Positions 59,943 through 64,000 of a DNA stretch of 64,000 nucleotides are shown in pieces; the stretch's first letter is position 1, and every line of letters starts with the position of its first letter. The DNA is taken from the NCBI GenBank assembly GCA_052327205.1, contig CM126212.1:17298001-17362000 (forward strand), given 5' to 3'. This DNA is from Somniosus microcephalus (Eukaryota). The notes under the pieces are model-generated. The model saw only the letters and a list, made by a program, of their open reading frames with translations. It ran no database searches and was not told where the DNA came from. The translations under genes and the position numbers were made by a program.

Positions 59943-60881
59943 ATGGCAGGAGAGCTCAGACCCGTGTTCTGCTCCTCCTGCTCTATGTGGGAAATCAGGG
60001 ACGCTGCCAGTGTCCCTGGCGACCATGTGTGCGGGAAATGCATCCAGCTGCAGCTACTTGTAGACCGCATTGTGGCGCTCGAGCTGCGGGTGGATGAATT
60101 TTGGAGCATACGCGATGCTGAGAGGCTCGTGGATAGCACGTTTAGCGAGTTGTTCACGCCTCAGGGTAGGGCAGCACAGGGGGTGACCATCAGGCGGAGC
60201 AACAAAGGCAGGCAGGTAGTGCAGGGAACCCCTGCGGACATCCCCCTTTCAAACAAGTATACCGCTTTGGATACTGTTGAGGGGGATGACTCACCAGGGG
60301 AAGGCAGCAGCAGCCAACTTCCTGGCACTGGCGGTGCTCCTGCTGCCCAGGAAGGGGGGAAAAAGAGTGGGAGAGCAATAGTGGTAGGGGATTCTATAGT
60401 AAGGGGAACAGATAGGCGTTTCTGTGGCCGTAGACGTGAATCCAGGATGGTTTGTTGCCTCCCTGGTGCCAGGGTCAAGGATGTCACTGAGCGGCTGCAG
60501 GGCATTCTGGAGGGGGAGGGTGAACAGCCAGTGGTCGTGGTCCACATTGGTACCAACGACATAGGTAAAAAGAGGGATGAGGTCCTGCAGCAAGAATTTA
60601 GGGAGCTAGGTGAAGGATTAAAGAGCAGGACCTCAAGGGTTGTAATCTCTGGATTACTCCCAGTGCCACGTGCTAGTAAGTATAGAAATAGGAAGATAGA
60701 ACAGATGAATGCGTGGCTAAAGGGATGGTGCAGGGGGGAGGGCTTTAGTTTCCTGGATCACTGGGTCTGCTTCTGGGAAAGGTGGGACTTGTACAAGTCG
60801 GACGGTTTACACCTGAACCAGAGGGGAACCAATATCCTTGCGGGGAGGTTTGCTAGCACTGCTGGGGGGGGTTTAAACTAA
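59943..60881 (+). CDS. CR1 ORF1p: zinc finger, leucine zipper and SGNH esterase
   Basis: CSSC..CGKC, heptad leucines, VVGDS (block I), PGA, HIGTND (block III), DGLH (block V). Confidence 0.93.
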   Translation: MAGELRPVFCSSCSMWEIRDAASVPGDHVCGKCIQLQLLVDRIVALELRVDEFWSIRDAERLVDSTFSELFTPQGRAAQGVTIRRSNKGRQVVQGTPADIPLSNKYTALDTVEGDDSPGEGSSSQLPGTGGAPAAQEGGKKSGRAIVVGDSIVRGTDRRFCGRRRESRMVCCLPGARVKDVTERLQGILEGEGEQPVVVVHIGTNDIGKKRDEVLQQEFRELGEGLKSRTSRVVISGLLPVPRASKYRNRKIEQMNAWLKGWCRGEGFSFLDHWVCFWERWDLYKSDGLHLNQRGTNILAGRFASTAGGGLN

Positions 60882-61000
60882 CTTGGCAGGGGGATGGGGT
60901 ACAGAGTGGAGCTATAGTAGGGGGTGATTTACAGCCAAATACAGAGGGAAAAACAAGTCAGCTGGGAAGGCAAAGCAAATATGTGAAGGCAAAAGAGAAT

Positions 61001-63814
61001 ATGGCAGGGCTGGAAGGCATTTATTTTAATGCAAGGAGTCTTGCAAATAAGGTGGATGAACTGAAGTTGTTGTTGAACACATGGGAGTACGATATTGTTG
61101 CTATCACGGAGACATGGTTGAGGGAGGGTCAGGACTGGCAGCTCAATATTCCGGGGTATAGAATCTTCAGGCGAGACAGAGGGGGGTGTAAAAGGGGAGG
61201 GGGTGTTGCAATATTAATTAAGGAGTCAATTACTGCTGTAAGGAGGGATGATATATTAGCGGGTTCCTCTAATGAGGCCATATGGGTAGAACTTAAAAAC
61301 AAAAAGGGGGCAAGCACTTTGCTGGGAGTGTACTATAGGCCCCCAAACAGTCAGGGGGAGATAGAGGAACAGATATGTAGGCAAATCTCAGAAAAGTGCG
61401 AAAATAATAGGGTAATAATAGTGGGGGATTTCAACTTCCCCAATATAAATTGGGATAGTCAGAGTGTGAAAGGCTTAGAGGGTGCAGAATTCTTAAAGTG
61501 CATCCAGGAGAGCTTTTTGAGCCAACATGTAGAAAGTCCTACAAGAGAGGGGGCGGTACTGGACCTAATTCTGGGGAATGTAGCCGGGCAAGTGGTGGAA
61601 GTGTCAGTAGGAGAGCATTTTGGCGACAGTGACCACAATTCGGTGAGATTTAAGGTGGTCATGGAAAAAGACAAAGACGGCCCGGAAATAAGGGTTCTAA
61701 ATTGGGGGAAGGCCGATTTTAATATGATAAGGCAGGATCTGGCCAAATTGGACTGGGAGCAGCTACTTATAGGAAAATCCGCATCAAAACAGTGGGAGAC
61801 TTTCAGAAGGGAAATAGAGAGAGTACAACGCCAACATGTTCCTGTAAAGGTCAAGGGTGGGACCAACAAGCAAAGGGAACCTTGGATGACAAGGGATATA
61901 CAAAAATGCATTAGAAATAAAAGGGGGGCTTTTGGCAGTTACAAAAGACTAAAGACGGAAGAAGCCCTAGAGGAGTATAAAAAATGCAGGGGCATACTTA
62001 AAAAAGAAATTAGGAGGGCGAGGAGGGGCCATGAAATAACACTGGCGAGCAAAATAAAGGAAAATCCTAAGATGTTTTATAAGTATATTAAGGGCAAGAG
62101 GATAACCAGGGAAAGGGTAGGGCCCATTAGGGACCAAAGTGGCAATCTGTGTGTAGAGCCAGATGATGTAGGCGGGGTTTTAAATGAATTTTTTGCATCT
62201 GTGTTCACTATGGAGAAAGACAATGCAGACATAGAAATCGGGCAAGGGGGCTGTGACATACTTGAACATATTAGCATCGAGAGGGAGGAGGTGCTAGCGG
62301 TTTTAGCAGGCCAGAAAGTGGATAAATCCCCAGGCCCAGACGAGATGTATCCCAGGCTGCTGTGGGAGGCAAAGGAGGAGATTGCAGGGGCTCTGACACA
62401 AATTTTCAGAACCTCTCTGGCCACAGGGGATGTACCAGAGGACTGGAGAACAGCTAACGTAGTACCATTATTCAAGAAGGGTAGCAGGGATAAACCAGGG
62501 AATTACAGGCCAGTGAGCCTAACATCTGTGGTAGGGAAATTATTGGAAAAAATTCTGAGGGACAAAATTAGTCTCCACTTGGAGAGGCAAGGATTAATCG
62601 GGGATAGTCAGCATGGCTTTGTCAAGGGTAAATCATGTCTGACAAATCTGATTGAATTTTTCGAGGGGGTGACTAGGGGGGTGGATGAGGGAAATGCTGT
62701 GGATGTGGTTTACATGGACTTCAGTAAAGCTTTTGACAAAGTCCCGCATAGGAGACTGGTCAAGAAGGTAAGAGCCCATGGGATCCAGGGTGCCTTGGCG
62801 CGTTGGATCCTAAACTGGCTGAGTGGCAGGAGGCAGAGGGTGATGGTCGAAGGTTGCTTTTGTGACTGGAAGCCTGTGTCCAGTGGGGTACCTCCGGGAT
62901 CGGTGCTGGGTCCCTTGTTGTTTGTGATCTACATAAATGATTTGGATGAGAATGTAAAAGGTATGATCAGTAAGTTCGCAGATGACACGAAAATTGGTGG
63001 GGTGGTAAATTGTGAGGAGGAAAGCCTCAGGCTACAGGACGATATAAACGGGTTGGTCAGATGGGCGGAAAAGTGGCAAATGGAATTTAACCCTGAAAAG
63101 TGCGAGGTGATGCATTTTGGACGGACAAATAAGGCAAGGGAATACACAATGAGTGGTAGGACCCTAGGAAGTACAGAGTGTCAGAGGGACCTTGGTGTAC
63201 ATGTACATAGATCCCTGAAGGCAGCGGAACAGGTAGATAAGGTGGTTAAAAAGGCATATGGGATACTTGCCTTCATTAGCCGAGGCATAGAATATAAGAG
63301 CAGGGAGGTTATGATGGAACTGTACAAAACGCTGGTGAGGCCACAGCTGGAGTACTGTGTGCAGTTCTGGTCGCCTCACTATAGGAAGGATGTGATTGCT
63401 TTGGAGAGGGTGCAGAGAAGATTCACCAGGATGTTACCTGGGATGGAGCGCCTCAGCTATGAAGAGAGGCTGGACAGGCTGGGGTTGTTTTCCTTGGAGC
63501 AAAGAAGGCTGAGGGGGGACCTGATTGAGGTGTACAAAATGATGAGGGGCATAGATAGGGTAGACAAAGAGGAACTTTTCCCCTTAGTAGGGGGGTCAAT
63601 AACAAGGGGGCATAGATTCAGGGTAAGGGGCAGGAGATTTAGAGGGGATTTGAGGAGGAACTTTTTCACCCAGAGGGTGGTTGGAATGTGGAACTCAATG
63701 CCTGAAAGGGTGGTAGAGGCAGGAACCCTCACAACATTCAAGAAGCATTTGGATGAGCACTTGAAATGCCATTGCATACAAGGCTATGGACCAAATGCTG
63801 GAAAATGGGATTAG
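61001..63814 (+). CDS. CR1 ORF2p: APE endonuclease plus reverse transcriptase
   Basis: YFNARS, ITETW, YYRPP, GDFN, SDHN, NYRPVS, DFSKAFD, FADD; first in-frame ATG at 61001; GVPQGS motif reads GVPPGS. Confidence 0.95.
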   Translation: MAGLEGIYFNARSLANKVDELKLLLNTWEYDIVAITETWLREGQDWQLNIPGYRIFRRDRGGCKRGGGVAILIKESITAVRRDDILAGSSNEAIWVELKNKKGASTLLGVYYRPPNSQGEIEEQICRQISEKCENNRVIIVGDFNFPNINWDSQSVKGLEGAEFLKCIQESFLSQHVESPTREGAVLDLILGNVAGQVVEVSVGEHFGDSDHNSVRFKVVMEKDKDGPEIRVLNWGKADFNMIRQDLAKLDWEQLLIGKSASKQWETFRREIERVQRQHVPVKVKGGTNKQREPWMTRDIQKCIRNKRGAFGSYKRLKTEEALEEYKKCRGILKKEIRRARRGHEITLASKIKENPKMFYKYIKGKRITRERVGPIRDQSGNLCVEPDDVGGVLNEFFASVFTMEKDNADIEIGQGGCDILEHISIEREEVLAVLAGQKVDKSPGPDEMYPRLLWEAKEEIAGALTQIFRTSLATGDVPEDWRTANVVPLFKKGSRDKPGNYRPVSLTSVVGKLLEKILRDKISLHLERQGLIGDSQHGFVKGKSCLTNLIEFFEGVTRGVDEGNAVDVVYMDFSKAFDKVPHRRLVKKVRAHGIQGALARWILNWLSGRRQRVMVEGCFCDWKPVSSGVPPGSVLGPLLFVIYINDLDENVKGMISKFADDTKIGGVVNCEEESLRLQDDINGLVRWAEKWQMEFNPEKCEVMHFGRTNKAREYTMSGRTLGSTECQRDLGVHVHRSLKAAEQVDKVVKKAYGILAFISRGIEYKSREVMMELYKTLVRPQLEYCVQFWSPHYRKDVIALERVQRRFTRMLPGMERLSYEERLDRLGLFSLEQRRLRGDLIEVYKMMRGIDRVDKEELFPLVGGSITRGHRFRVRGRRFRGDLRRNFFTQRVVGMWNSMPERVVEAGTLTTFKKHLDEHLKCHCIQGYGPNAGKWD

Positions 63815-64000
63815 ACTGGACAGGGATGGATGGGCGGCGCAGACACGATGGGCCGAAGGGCCTCTTTCTGTGCTGTAAAACTCTATGACTCTATGACCTC
63901 CCCCTTTCCCGATCACCTTCCCTCCTCTCCCGATCACCTTCCCTCCCTCTCCCAATCACCTCCTCCCTCGATCACCTTCCCTCCCTCTCCCGATCACCTT

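Larger units (their letters stand above)
58541..63896 (+). mobile_element. Full-length CR1 LINE (5' monomer array, ORF1, ORF2, 3' UTR)
   Basis: Both ORFs open; 3' hairpin and (ctctatga)2 tail at 63881-63896; inserted into the minisatellite. Confidence 0.95.

Overview
Repeat-dense vertebrate genomic DNA, most likely a cartilaginous fish (shark). That is inferred from the mix of CR1, L2, RTE-BovB, Rex1, tRNA/Deu-domain SINEs and GC-rich Harbinger MITEs. No intact host protein-coding gene is recognisable; almost every long ORF belongs to a transposable element. Highlights: (1) a 2.5-kb LTR retrotransposon (23829-26365) whose RT/RNaseH/integrase region is replaced by a 128-codon piece of the host gene RALBP1 (RLIP76), fused in frame to the protease; (2) four copies of one 228-bp solo-LTR family within 18 kb, two of which each contain a full-length Mag-type Gypsy element, one with an intact gag-pol ORF, suggesting targeted nesting; (3) a full-length CR1 LINE whose 5' end is an array of 13 TATA-containing 89-bp monomers; (4) a two-gene Harbinger transposon with TIRs and TSD; (5) a young Rex1-type LINE; (6) a 54-bp minisatellite that grew out of an L2 coding sequence; (7) a probable >1.47-kb LTR at the left edge. 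Family assignments come from recalled motifs; no database searches were run.
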